A stretch of 64,000 nt of DNA, taken from assembly GCA_977017645.1 (NCBI GenBank), contig OZ360221.1:7812001-7876000 (forward strand), read 5' to 3'. Positions within the stretch are counted from its first letter, which is position 1. Each line of letters starts with the position of its first letter. This document shows, piece after piece, positions 1 to 14,500 of the stretch. The notes beneath the pieces were generated by a model that made no database searches, was not told where the DNA came from, and saw only the letters and a list, made by a program, of their open reading frames with translations. The stretch is from Torpedo marmorata (taxonomy: Eukaryota). The position numbers and the translations under genes were made by a program.

Positions 1-340
1 ATTTGAACTCGGCCAGCGCGATCATAGGCATCAGTCTTTACTCCATCGAGGACATCTATAAGAGGCGGTATCTTAAGAAAGCAGTCTCTATCCTCACCAT
101 CCAGTCCATGCCCTCTTAACATTGCTACCATCAGGAAGGGATGTGCAGGAACCTGAAGACGAACACCCAATGGCACAAAACAGCTTCTTCTCAACTGCCA
201 TTCTATTTCTGAACGGACGGTGAACCACAGACGCCACCTCACTTTATATTGTTTTGCACCAATTTATTGCAATATTTGCAGCTGCAATTGTGCCGCAAAA
301 CAAAGAATTTCTGAAATGTTCATGACAATAAATTCTCATT
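1..340 (+). mobile_element. Rex1/Babar-like LINE 3' fragment (paralog of ~8770-9130)
   Basis: Near-colinear with the 3' part of the 8245-9130 element (ccatcgaggacatcta..aggcggtatcttaagaaagcag). Confidence 0.6.
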
Positions 341-506
341 AAAATTCTTCTGGTGAGGGGTATAGTTCCAGAAATGGGAGACCACATCTCCAGCAATGAA
401 GTCTTCAGAACATGTCGGGATATGCTCACGATTTGGTTCGAATCGCAGCAGACTCAGACTTCATGCAGATGCTAGCTTCTCACCGTGAAACCTTCATCTC
501 TTTCAG

Positions 507-667
507 CTGTGGAACAGTGCATGCAGTTTCCGGAACGACGTTTACATTCAGTTGCGTTGGTATAACAGGACGATATGTGAATATCATCATCCCAGGCTGG
601 AGCAAAATCCTGACCCTGTGCGAGGTCGAGGTCTTTGGGTCGAAGTTCCCAGAGAAAGCACATGCAG
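507..667 (+). CDS. FTLD exon B1 (C-terminal half of a domain whose A exon lies upstream of the window)
   Basis: tttcag|C TGT GGA ACA...CAT GCA G|gtaaga; 161 nt; CGTVHAVSG...LTLCEVEVFGSKFPEKAHA. Confidence 0.9.
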
Positions 668-3600
668 GTAAGATGGTTCCTCAGTCGCTCTTTATACAGA
701 CATTCATCTCGTCAGTCAATAAGTATCTTGCTCGGTGTGTGATGGGCGGGGGGGGGGGACGTTCGGTTGATAGAGGTGAGTGTCGATCAGATGGTGGGTG
801 TCCCAGTCCAGAGATAGCGCCTTTGACGATAAAGTTATTTTTCCATTTTTATGGAAGAAAAAGAAAATAGATTAAGAACATTCATCTGGTCGTTTCAATC
901 AACATTACAATTGCCACGATCCATGCAAAATTGAGGTGGATTGCCTGCTTTCTCACGTCTCCACCCTCTGCCATTCCAGTTTACGCGCCTGTGCATGTCC
1001 CTAACCTTTGCAGAAAAACAATCACGTTGAAGATTAACGTAACATGCACCATTATTCAGTGACAGAGGGTATTATCCGAGCAGGTAGTTTCGACATCTCA
1101 TAAACAGCACTTAAGGCAAGACACAGAGAGAACGGCAGAGTTACAGAGAAGGTGGTTACGTGCAAAGGAAACGAAATATTACAATTTTGAGGTGCTTCAG
1201 AGGAATGATAGCGGCAGAAGACATTCTCCCCCTGAGTCGTCGGGAGCTTAATCTTCTTCTCGTGAATTTACAATCTGACGCGAGGGGCCTGACGTTTGGG
1301 CCCAGAAAGGTTAAACAGTTAATGTCTTGGCTGTTTACGGAAGCGGGAGTTAGACATGGAATCAACGAACGGTAGGGTGCTGTATGTGATGGCATGAGCC
1401 GCGTTCACAACCGTCGGCCATACCTAGATGTCTTGGCGGATGAGTGTCCGTACCACACAAAGCATGCACAATGAGAGGATGGTTTAAATCAATTCTCAAT
1501 CTTCCTTCGGGTTACGTCCCCCATGAGTCTATTCAAAATTCATTAGCCCCCTTCCCTGTGAAGCAGTCAAGTATAGTTTTCTTACATACTTCTCTCCTTC
1601 CGACTGCACAACAAACTATGTAAAATATTAACGTTACGATATGAAATGAGAACAAGCCTTTTATTTAAATGTGCCATTGGCTTTCCCAGTATGGTGGGCT
1701 TGGGTGGGGGGTGGGTGGGGAAGGGAGAATGCCCTCTGTTGTGTATGGCTGCTTTAAATCGTGCCCCTGTAAAAAAAGTTTGAAGGGAGATCACAAATTC
1801 CCTCAGGTTTCTAAGGAATTCCATCCGCTGATGGGCTTTACCGGACATGCATATGCGTATGTTGAGCAGGACAGGCAACAAGAGATGTTTATTCCTCGGG
1901 ACATTAATCTCCTAATTGACGAGAACCTCAATCATGAAAACATGCATAAAGGAGCTCCGAGGATTCCCAGCGCAAAGAACTGCACAGGTTTAAATTATAG
2001 GTCCAACCAGTCTTAACTTTATGTCTCTCAAATAAAATAAATTTCAGCCGACGTACAGCAGAATCCGAAATTTAAAGTTGGAAATAAACATTTCGCTCAT
2101 TACAGCGATGCTGTGCGCTATGTTACCAGCTTTGTCCATCCTTCTTCGTGGATTGTGTTCATTATACAGGGGGAAACGTGGCGTTTGGAGGAACGGCGAC
2201 GCAGTCCAGCACCTCTGGCCGTGCCGGCCCTGAAAGAGCCACTGACGGAAACACCGACAACTCCTTACCAAGCGGATCTTGCACGGAGACGAAGAAAACC
2301 AAGGACCCTTGGTGGAGAGTCGACTTACATCAAACCTTTGCCGTGTCAGTGGTGCGAATCAGCAACAGAGGAGACTGTTGTTCCGAACGGCTCAGAGGAG
2401 CCGAAATCCGCATCGGGAATTCGCTGAAGAACAACGGGAATGTAAACAGACTGTAAGTATTCATGTGCAAACACTTGTTTCATTCAGGCTGTACCTGAGA
2501 CATCTCTGACAGTGGTTCAGGAAGTCTCACCAAGGCTGATGCAGAGTCGCCATGCGTGTATAATGACGTATGTAACATCCCTGCTCTTTGCGTTGCTGTA
2601 CTCGATGCCAAACCTCGGCGTCGCTGCTAAACGGAGGACGAACACGGGGCTGGTGCATTGGACCATCCGTGTGAATAAATGATCCAGAACTATGGACCAC
2701 TTATACCGCGGTACAGAAAAACAATCCCAGGACGACAATAGCTAATCCAAGATGCTCTTTGTACCGGGTGAGCGGGTGCTGAGAAGTGAGGGGTAGTTTT
2801 ATTTTTTCAGACAGTGGTGAGACACTGAACACACTCTCCGCGGATGTTGCTGGAGACGTAAAAAATAAGCACAATTTAAAAAAAAAGTATTTGATGGGCT
2901 CATGGATATCAGAGAAATTGAGGGTTATAGACAATGAGGGAAATAAGCACGAGATCGATCATGGAGGCGGTAACAAAAGATTGGTACAACATCGTGCGTA
3001 GAATGCTCGTGTGTGCTACATTAATTCCACAGAGACAGATCTCGTAAAACTACAGAGTGTATGATGCCGGGTACTCACCGTGAGATTCCATCTCTTTCAG
3101 CTGTGGAACCATCCGATCTGCTTCGGCAAGGACGATTACTTTGAATTGCGGTGGATTCACAGGTCGTTATGTAAATATCATCGTCCCGGGTCCTGATAAA
3201 ATTCTTACCCTGTGCGAGGTTCAGGTCTTTGGTTCCAAACTCCCCTCACTGGAAGGTGCAGGTAGGTTCCAATTGCCTCGAAATCATTTGTTGGACACTA
3301 CGTTAGTTATTCAGTCAGTGGAACGTGGGCTGATAGAACCTCGCCAAGTAACAAATGATCACAATCATCGAAGGCGTGTTTAATGTTGTTCCCAGAGAAT
3401 GGTCATACATTCCCGTGCACAGCAAGATGACGTGATACAGAAATGGGAAGAAGCCACTCACCGTAAGATTGGGGTTATGGTTAGGGAGTCACAGTCATTC
3501 ATATCGAGATCCATAATCATTAGTCAAACGTCGCGACGCCTAAACCACAGACATTGCGCACAAACCTATACAGATCACTCGGACATAACGTCAGACAGGG

Positions 3601-6600
3601 CAGTGCACACAAAGCAAAACATGGCATTCTGTGGAGCATGCAGCAGGTAGGGGTCTGATTGAATTGACGATCTGAAATGAGAAATCAGGAAAGCGCATCT
3701 TCATGGATGTATCAAAACCGTCCCTCGCCCATTGTGCCGAATTAACTTTTCACGAGATCTCTTGACATTTAAAAAAATATTTTATTTTTAACTATAGATT
3801 GGTAACAGGCCCTTCCGGCCCACGAGCCCGTGCCGCCCAATTACACCCAATTGACCTACAATCCGCGGTACGTTTTTAAACGGTGGGAGGAAACAGGTGC
3901 CACCGGAGTAAACCCACACAGACACGGGGAGAACGTACAAACTCCGGACAGGCAGTGCCGGATTCGAACGACGGTCGCAGGCAGTGTAACCAGTTGCGTT
4001 AACCACTGCGCTAACCGTGACGCTCCAATCCGTGCAATACATGATGTGAACGGCTTTAGTTGCTCTTTAAAACTTGACCGGCTGCTTGAATGTTTAGCAT
4101 CAGATTTATTCCATGCACCTTTCTGAAAATGTGCCCCCCCCCTCAATAGAAAACGTGGTGCTTGGAGAGTTGAGAAACCCACCATGAGCCATCCTCAATG
4201 AGTTTTTAGGAGAAGTGGAAGAAGAATAAGAGCAAACGATGATGTGAATGATCTTGCTTGTTTATTTAAGTTTGATGAGAGTGCGGCTGCTTGGTCGTTG
4301 GTGTCAAATTGGATCCATGCAGTTTTCTGTTTTCCCACTCAACAGCAAACTTGGCTCTCGGAGCATCTGCGATGCAGTCGAGTACATTTCAGCGAGGTGC
4401 TGCTCAGCGAGCCATTGATGGCAAGAACAGCAGCATCTGGAGTCAAGGTTCCTGCACGCACACCAAGAGAAGCAAGGACCCCTGGTGGCGAGTCGATCTG
4501 AAGGGAATATACAACGTGTCAGTTGTAAGAATCACCAACAGAAGAGACTGCTGCTCCATACGGCTTCAAGGAGCCGAGGTACGAATTGGAAACTCCCTGA
4601 ACAATGCGGGAAATTCCAACAGACTGTAAGTACTCATGAACAAACGCCGGGTCTTATCAGCTATGGCATTGTGCTCTAAAAGTCCCATTGTTGCTGTTAC
4701 GTTTAGGATATTAGGATATAGCGCTAATAGGAAGGGTACTCTAATTTAGTTCGTATAAAAATGTAGAGGAACCTACAGAGTCCTCCATAATGTTTGGGAC
4801 AAATACATGTTTCCTTTATTTGCACCTGTCCTCCACAATTTTAAATTTGTAATGAAACAATTCACATAATTAAAGTTCACCTTCCAAATTTTATTCGAGG
4901 TTATTTGTATACATTTTAGTTTGAACAGTTAGAATTACAGAACTTTTTATGCATAGTCCCCTCATTTAAGGGCACAATAATGTTTGGGACATTTGGCTTC
5001 ACATGTGTTTGTGAGTATTCAGGTATGTTTAATTGCTTCATTGGTGCATGTATAAGTGAGCTATGCTTGCTTCTAAGCTTTTCATCAGCTTTGGAGTCTG
5101 TAGTTGCCAATTTGCAACATGAGGCCCAGGGCTGTGCAAATCGAAGTCAACAAAGCCTTTATGAGGCTGCAAAACAAGAATAAAAAAGTAAGAGACATCG
5201 CCCAAACCTTCGGGTTACCTGAACCAACAGTTTGGAACATTATTGAGAAGAAAGAGCGTACTGATGAGCTCAGTAATCGCAAAGGGATTGGTATTCCAAG
5301 GAAGACCTCCACTGCTGATGGCAGAAGAATTATCATCATAATGAATAAAATTCCCCAAACGTATGTCCAACAGATCATAAACGCGCTTCAGTAGGCAGGT
5401 GTGGACATGTCAATGACTACCGTCCACAGACGTCTTCATGAAAATAAATACAGAGGCCACACTGCAAGATACAACCACGGCAAACGTGGTATGCTTTGGA
5501 TCTTTGGCAGTTCCTTTCCGCCTCCACACTTTGCTCTTGGCATCACTCTGAAACATGTTATTCTTGGTCTCATCTGTCCACAAGACATGTTTCCGGAATT
5601 CTGCAGGCTCTTTTATATACTTCTAGGCAAACTGTAATCTAGCCATCCTTTCTGTGGCTAACTAATGGTTTGCATCTTGCAATGTTACGTCAGTATTTAT
5701 TTTCATGAAGTCGTCTGGAGACATTAGTCATTGACATATCCAGTCCTGCCTCCTGAAGAGTGTTTCTAATCTGTTGGACATAAGGTTGAGGATTTGTCTT
5801 CATTATGATGAGAAATCTTCTGTCATCAGCAGTGGAAGTCTTCCTTGGAATACCAGTTCCTTTACGATTACGGAGTTCACCAGTACGCTCTTTATTCTTA
5901 ATGACGTTCTAAACCTTTGGCGTTGGTAATCCTAAAGTTTGGGCGAAGTCTCTTACTGTTTTAATCTTGTTTGTCAGCCTCACAATGGCTTCTTTGACTT
6001 TCATTGGCACAACTCTGCTCCTCATGTTGAAAAATGGCAACTACAGATTCCAAAGGTGATCAAAAGCTTAGAAGCAAACCTTGCTCTCTTATACCTGCAC
6101 CAATGAAGCAATTGAGCATACCTGAGTAACACAAACACCTGTGAAGCCAAATTTCCCAAACATTATGGTGCCCTGAAATGATGCGTCTACGTATAAAAAG
6201 TGCTATAATTTCTACATGGTCAAACCAAAATATATACAAATAACTTTGAATAAAATCTCGAATGTGCACTTTAATTACATGTGAATTGTTTGATTACATG
6301 TTTAAAACTGCTGAGCACAGGGGCAAATAAAGGAAAAAAGTGCATTTGTCCCAAGCTGAAGAAAGGATTTAGGAAATCTCGAATGGGGCGTGAGAAGGCC
6401 TTGGCATATAGGATTACGGAGAACCCCAAGGCGTTCTATGCATATGTGAAGAACAGAAAGATTATGAGAATGAAGGTGGGACCGCTAAATGATAAAGAAG
6501 GAAACATGTGCCTGGAGGTGGAGGAGGTTGCGGAGGTCGTAAATGAATATTTTGCTTCAGTATTCAGACATTGATCACGGTGAGGTCGGAATAGAGCAGG

Positions 6601-9600
6601 TTTGTGTGCTGGAGAATGTTGAGATTAAGGAAGGGGAAGTGTTGGATCTTCTTAAAAACATTAAGATTGATACGTCCTCGGGGCCGGACGTGATATACCC
6701 CAGGTTTCTATGGGAAGTGAGTGAAGAGATAGCTGGGGCCGTAGCTATGACCTTTGAGTCCTCATCGGCAGCAGTGGAGTTGCCGGGGGATTGGAGAATG
6801 GCAAGTGTAGTCCCCTTGTTTAAAAAAGGTAATAAGGAAAATCCTGGGAATTACAGACCGGTGAATCGTATGTCAGTGGTGTGAAAACTATTGGAGAGGA
6901 TTCTTAAGGATAGGATATATGAGAATTTGGCGAAGTATAGTCCACTCAAGGATAGTCAGCATGGCTTTGCGAAGAGAAGGTCGTGCCTCACGATCCTAAA
7001 TGATTTTTTCGAAAATGTAACAAAATCAATTGATGATAGTAAGGCGGTATATGTGGTCTACATGGATTTTATTAAGGTATTTAACAAGTTCCCCCATGTG
7101 AGACTCGTTCAGAAAGTCTTGAGGCATGGGATCCATGGAACCTTGCCTGTGTGGATAGAAGGTTTGCTTGCAGGTAGAAAGCTGAGAGTTGTAGTGGAAG
7201 GAAAGTATTCTTCCTGGAGGTCAGTGACTACAGGAGTACCGCAAGGATCTGTTCTGGGACCCCTGGCGTTGGTGGATTTATAAATGACCTGGACGAAGAG
7301 GCGGAAGGATGGGTCAGTAATTTTGCGGAGGATATGTTTGTGGAGGAGTTGTGGATGGAGCTGAAGATTGTCGAAGATTGCAAAAGGATATAGACAGGAT
7401 GCAGAGTTGGGCGGAAAAGTGGCAGATGGAGTTCAATCCGGATATGTGTGAGGTGATGCATTTTTCAAGCGGAAACCATAAGGCGGAGTACAGGTTAATG
7501 ACCGGTTACTTCAGGGTGTGGATAAAGAGAGGGACCTTGGGGTCCAAATCCACACATCCCTCCAGGTCGCCGCACAGGTTGACTGGACAGTTAAGAAGGC
7601 CTATGGGATGCTTGGCTTCATTAATAGGGGGATTGAGTTCAATAGAGAGGTCATATAGAGATACTTAAAGTATTGTGTTCAGTTCTGGTCAACTCATTAT
7701 AGGAAGGATGTGGAAGCTATGGAGAGGGTGCAGAGGAGATTTACCAGGATGTTATCTGGATTAGAAAATAAGTTTTATGAGGCAAGGTTAGCAGAGCTGG
7801 GACTTTTCTCTTTGGAGTGTAGAAGGATGAGAGGAGACTTAATAGAGGTCTACAAAATCATGAGATCATAGATAGGAATGACAGCAAGCGCCCGTTTCCC
7901 AGGGCAGGAATAGCAAACACCAGAGGACATGTGTACAAAGTTAAGGGAGGGAAGTTTAGGGGAGACATCAGAGGTAAGTTTTTTACACAGAGAGTTGTGG
8001 GTGCCTGGAATGCCTTGCCAGGTGTGGTGGTGGAGGCTGGAACATTGGGGGCATTTGAGAGACTCCTAGACAGGCACATGGGTGAAATAAAAATAGAGGG
8101 TTACAGGGTTTGGAGGGTTTTTACTTTTTAAAGGAATATATGGGTCGGTATAACATCGAGGGCCGAAGGACCTGTACTGTGCTGTAGTGTTCTATGTTCT
8201 TTGTTCAAGCATTACGGTGGATACTGTATATCTGTGCAGTAGACCTCAAGGATGCATGCTTATCCCATTGCTTTACTCGCTCTACACCCATGATTGCGGG
8301 CTGGGCAGAATTGAAATGCCATCTAAAAATTTTCAGTTGACACCACAGACATCGGCAGAATCACAGATGGATATGAAGAAGCGTATGGGAGTGAGACAGA
8401 TCAGATAGTTGAGTAGTATCACAACAACAACCTTGCACTGAACGTCAGTAAAACAAAGGAACTGTTTGTGGAGGGGAACATCAGGAGAATACAAACCAGT
8501 CATTTTCTAGGGGTCAGCAGTGTAAAGTGTTATGAACGTCCCTTTTCTGGATGTCAACATCTCTGAGCATCTATCCTCGGTCCTTCATGTCAAAGCAATC
8601 ACGAAGAAGGCTCGCCAGCGGTGGTTCTTCGTGATGAATTTGAGGAGACTTGGTCTGTCAGCAAAGACTCTTGCAAATTTCTACAGGTGTACCGTATGGA
8701 GCATTTTGACTGGTTGCACCCATGTGTGGTATTGAGGTGCCAATGCAGAGGACAGGAAAATACTGCAGAGAGTTGTGAAACCGGCCAGCACCATCATGGG
8801 CACCAGTCGTCAATCCATCGAGGACATCTACAAGAGGCGGTATCTTAAGAAAGCAGCCTCTATCCTCACCACCCAGGCCATGCTGTCTTAACACTGCTAC
8901 CATCCGTAAGGAGGTACAGGAGCCTGAAGACAAACAACTAACGGTACAAAAACAGGTTCTTCCCCCCGGCATCGCATTTCTGAATGGGCAATGAATCACA
9001 GACACTACCTCACTTTATTGTATTTTGGACCAATTTATTTAATTTTTAAACGTAATTGATAGCAATATTTGTACCTGTAATGCTGCAGCAAAACAAACAT
9101 TTTCGTGACGTGTTCATGACAATAAATTCTGCTTCTAATTCCTTTGATGATCCATATAGTTTGAGAAATGGGAGACCAAATCTCCAGAAATGAAGTCTCC
9201 AGCACTTCGTAGGAAATGCTCACAATGTGGTTCGATGCACTCCAGACTCGGACGTCATGCAGATGCTAGCTTCTCACCGTGAAATCTTCATCTCTTTCAG
9301 CTGTGGAACAGTGCATGCAGTTTCCGGAACGACGTTTACATTCAGTTGCGTTGGTATAACGGGTCGATATGTGAATATCATCATCCCAGGCTGGAGCAAA
9401 ATCCTGACCCTGTGCGAGGTCGAGGTCTTTGGGTCGAAGTTCCCAGAGAAAGGACATGCAGGTAAGATGGGTCCTCAGGCGCTCTTTACACACATGTTCA
9501 TATCATTAGTCAGGAAGCATCTTGCTCGCTGTGTGGTGGTGGTATGTTCGCTTGATAGAGGTGAGTGTCGATCACATTGTGGGCTTTCCAGTCCAGAGAT

Positions 9601-11513
9601 AACGCCTTTGGCGCGAAAGTACATTTCCATCATCATGGAAGTAAAAAGAAAATAGATGAAGAGTCTTTATCTGGTCGTTCCCATCAACATTACAATTCCG
9701 AAAATCCCTGCGCAGAGCGGCAGGCCTGCAAAATGGAGGCGGAATGCCTGTTTTCTCTCGTCTCGACCCTCTGCCACTTCCATTTGCGCGCCACGTGCAT
9801 GGCCCAAACCTTTGCATAAAGCAATCACGTAGAAGATTACTGTCAAATGTACCATGGTTCAGTGACAGTTTAGACATCTCATGAAGACACAGAGAGAACT
9901 GTAGAGTTACAGAGAAGGTGGTTGCGTGCAAAGGAAATGTAATATTACAATTGGAGGTACTTTCAGAGGCATGATAGCGGCGGAACAATTCTCCCCTTGA
10001 GTCGGCTTGCGCCTGATCTCCTTCTCGTTAATTTACTTTCTGAGCTCGGGGCATGAAGCCTAGGTCCAGAAGAGAGCAGACTGTTTATGAGTTGGCTGTT
10101 TCTTACAGCAACGGGAGTTATAACTGGATCCAAATAAACGGTAGCGGCCTCTCTGTAACGGCCTTAGCTGCGTTCACAACCCTGGGACGTTTTGGACGTC
10201 TTGGCGGTTGGCGGATGAGTGTCCGAACTACACAAAATGGACACGGAGAGGTTGGTTTCTCAATCTCTCTCTCGGCTCTGTCACCCCAGATCTCTGGTCA
10301 AATGTTTTCCGCCCCCTTCCCTGTGAAGCAGCCAAGTTTTGATTTCTTCAGTACTTCTCTCCTTCTGACTACATTGAAAAAAAAAAACAGAAAAAGATTT
10401 CACGTTACGTGAGGTGAAAATAAAACAAGAGTTTTACGTAAATGTGTTGTGGCCCCCGGGCGGGGACAAGGGTGCTCATTCTCTCTGTTGAGTACAGCTG
10501 CTTTAATTCGTGCCCTGTAAAAGGGGTGAAGGTAAGATAACAAATTCCATCAGACTGCTAAGGGAGTATGGACGCTGATGGGCTTTGCCGGACATGCAGG
10601 TGCATGCGTTGAGCAGGAAAGATCACTAGAGATGTTTATCGCTCGGGACATAAATATCCAAATTGATCAGAACGTGCGAAATCATGACAACATGATGGAA
10701 CTGCAAGGAGTCCGAGCGCAAAGACCAGCAAAGGCTCAAAGTGCAGGTGCAACAAGGAATAACTTCCTTTCTCGCACACATCCAATGAAGTACATTGCAG
10801 ACGCTAAACGGCAGTGCCCGAACACTCAATGATGGGAATACATTTTGTAATTCATTACAGCGATGCTGTGTGCTATGCCAACAACGTTATCCATCCCTCT
10901 TCGTGGATTATTTTCATTATACAGGGGGAAACGTGGCGTTGGGAGGAACAGCGACTCAGTCCAGCACTTCTGGCCGTGCCGGCGCTGAACGAGCTACTGA
11001 CGACAACACGGACAACTCCTTACCTCGGGGATCTTGCACGGAGACCAAGAAAACCAAGGACCCTTGGTGGAGAGTCGACCTGCACCAAACCTATGCCGTG
11101 TCAGTGGTGCGAATCAGCAACAGAGGAGACTGTTGTTCGGAACGGCTCCGAGGTGCCGAGATCCGCATCGGGAATTCGCTGAAGAACAATGGGAATTCAA
11201 ACCGACTGTAAGTATTCATGAGCAAACACTTGTTCTCTTCACGGTGCGCCTAAGAAAACTCTGACGGTGGTTCGGGAAGTCTCACCACGGCTGATGCACC
11301 GAAGCCAATGGTGTAATAATGAAGTCTGTTGCATCCCTCCTCTTGGCGTTGCATGTACAAAGCAAAACCTCGGCGTCACTGCTGAAGGGAGGGCGAACAA
11401 GGAGCTTGTACATTGACCAGCCATGTGGATCAATGATCCACAAGTATGGACCAGTCATCCGGAGGCACAGAATAACAATTCAAAGGCGACAGAAGCCAAT
11501 GCAAGATGACATT

Positions 11514-11576
<63 letters not shown>

Positions 11577-14500
11577 GTGTTTAATTTAGACGTATAGCAC
11601 GGTAACAGGCCCTTTAGGCTCACGAGCCCGTGCCGCCCAATTACACTCAATTAACCTACAATCCCCGGTACGTTTTTCTGAACACTGGTAAGAACTCGGA
11701 GGCCCCTGGAAAACCCCACGCAGACACGGGGAGAACTTACAAACTCCTTACAGACAGCGCCGGATTCGAACTCGTTCCCGGTTGCTGGCGCTGTAGCAGT
11801 GTTTCGCCAACCGCTATTCCAACCTTGACGCCCCGAGCGGGGAACGTGTTTTCTGAGAAGTCAGAGGTCGTTTAATTTATTTAGATAGTTGTGCGTCCCT
11901 GCAATACACTGTCCGCGGATGTTGTTGGAGACTTATGAAATACGGACAATTGAAAAAAGGTCTTTGTTAGGCTCATGGATGTCAGAGAAATGGAGGGTTA
12001 TAGATTGTGAGGGAAATAAACACTCGATCGATTATGGAGGCGGTAACAAAAGATTGGTACAACATCGTGCGGAGAATGCTTGTCCGTGCTACATTAATTC
12101 CAGAATAGTAGATGCCGCCAACTAACCGCGAGATTCCATCTCTTTCAGCTGTGGAACCGTCCGATCGGCTTCGGCAAGGACGCTTACTTTCAGTTGCGGT
12201 GGATTTACGGGTCGTTATGTGAATATCATCATCCCGGGTCTTGATAAAATTCTTACCCTGTGCGAGGTTCAGGTCTTTGGTTCCAAACTCCCGTCACTGG
12301 AAGGTGCAGGTAGGTTCCAATGGCCTCGAGAACATTTGTTGTATACTTAGCTATTTTGTCAGTGGATCGTCCGCGGATAGAACGTCGCTGCGCAGCAAAT
12401 GATTCACACAAATTGAAGGATATTTTGCGTTACTGCCAGAGAAGGGCAATGCATACTTGTGCACCGCAAGATGACACTGAGGCAGAAATGGGAAGACATA
12501 AGTCAGCATAGAGATGTGAGTGGGGCCACATCAATTTATATCTAGACCCTTAATCATTGGACAAAACTCGCGACGCCAATACCACAGACTTCATGCAGAA
12601 ACCGACACAGATCACCCGGACAGAACGTCAGACAGGGCAGTGCGCACAAAGCAAAACATGGCATCATGTGCAGCACGTAGCAAGAAGGGATGTGATAGAA
12701 TTGATGGTCTGTAGAAGTAAAACAGGAAATACCATCCTCATGGATATATCAAACGGTTCCCCCATTGTGATCAGCGGATCAGAATATTATTCATTTAAAT
12801 GGAAAGAGAATTCAGTATGCTGCCGCGCAGTAGGACTTGGGAGTGCTTGTGCATGAATCACAAAAACGTTGGTTTCCAGGTGCAGTAGGCTATCAAGAAG
12901 GCAAATGGAATGTTGGCCTTCATATCTAGAGGGATTGAGTTTAAGAGCAGGGAGGTTATACCGCAACTGTACGCGGTACTGGTGAGGCTGCATCTGGAGT
13001 ATTGTGTGCAGTTATGGTCTTCTTACTTGAGGAAGGATGTACTTGCTTTGGAGGCGGTACAGAGGAGGTTCACCAGGTTGAGGAGTGATTGAGTCTTATG
13101 GGAATGTACTCGCTGGAATGTAAAAGAGTGAGAGTAGATCTTATAGAAACGTATAAAACTATGAAAGGCCGAGATAAGATAGAGGTAGGTATGTTTTTTT
13201 CCATTTGTAGAGGAGACAAGAACTCGGGGACATCGTATCAAGGTCCAGAGTAGTAGACCAAGGACGGAGATGAGGAGGAACTGCTTCTCCCAGAGGGTGG
13301 TGAATCTGTGGAAATCGCTGCCTATTGAAGGAGTGGAAGCGATAGCAGTAAATACATAGCAAGGGAATTAAGTGATATGAGATAAAGGCAAATAGGTAGA
13401 GAAGAGCCTATCATCAAATCAACCATGATCTTATTGAATGGCTCAACAGGCTCTACAGGTCGGATGGCCGACTCCTGCTCCTATTGTTTATCTTCTCATT
13501 GTGCCGTGATGACATACCATGAGAACACTTGAGATTTAGACAGAGTCCAGGAACAATCCTTACAATAGGTGGTGGGAATGGTTTTACTTGCTCATTCAAA
13601 TATGAACGGCTGTTTGGCGATTTAGCATCAGATGTACTCCGTGAACGTTACTGAACATTTGTCACCCGACATAAAATTTTACTTTAGGGGCATTGGCCTC
13701 CCAGTCGAGTACTAATCACCAGGCAGGAGCCCAGCGAGCTCGAGAGGAGTGGGCGAAGCAGATTATGGCAATCAGCTGCTTATTTATTCAAGGGAGAGGG
13801 GAGTGCAGTTGCATCGCGGTTTGTCATTATACTTACACCATACAGTTCACTGAATTCATCCTACCTAACAGAAAACGTGGCGCTGCGAGCATCGGCCATT
13901 CAATCGAGCACTGATCACCAGGCAGGAGCCCAGCGAGCCATTGATGGCAACAGCAACAGCACCTGGCGGCAAGGTTCCTGCTCGCAAACCAAGAAAAGCA
14001 AGAGCCCGTGGTGGCGAGTCGATCTGAAGGGAACCTACAATGTGTCAGTTGTTAGAATCACCAACAGAAGAGACTGCTGCTCGGAGTGGCTGCAAGGAGC
14101 CGAAGTTCGCATTGGGAATTCGCTGAAGAACCATGGAAACTCCAACAGGCTGTATGTATTCAGCTGCAAACGCCAGCACTTCTTGGTTGCGTCTACTGCT
14201 CTGGAAGTTCAGTTTTTGCTGTTGCATTATATAACCATATAACCATATAACATTTACAGCACTGAAACAAGCCAGGTCGGCCCTTCGAGGCCATGCCGAA
14301 CACATTCTCCCACCTAGTCCAGCTGACTCGCACCCGGCCCATAACCCTCCACGCCTCTCTCGTCCATATACCTATCCAACTTTTCCTTAAACATTAAAAT
14401 TGAACCTGCATCTACCACTTCGGCCGGAAGCTCGTTCCACCCTCCTACCACCCTCTGAGTGAAAATAATCCCCCTCAGGTTTCCTTTAAACTTTTCCCCC

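Noticed and set aside
2108-2169. Hydrophobic MLCAMLPALSILLRGLCSL upstream of A1 as a signal peptide
   Set aside because: It is out of frame with the lectin exon, not preserved in frame before A3 or A5, and coincides with the pyrimidine-rich acceptor region.
2453-2456. TAA ending the ORF after nearly every A exon (NRL-stop), suggesting truncated pseudogenes
   Set aside because: The TAA is part of the phase-2 donor GTAAGT and is removed by splicing.
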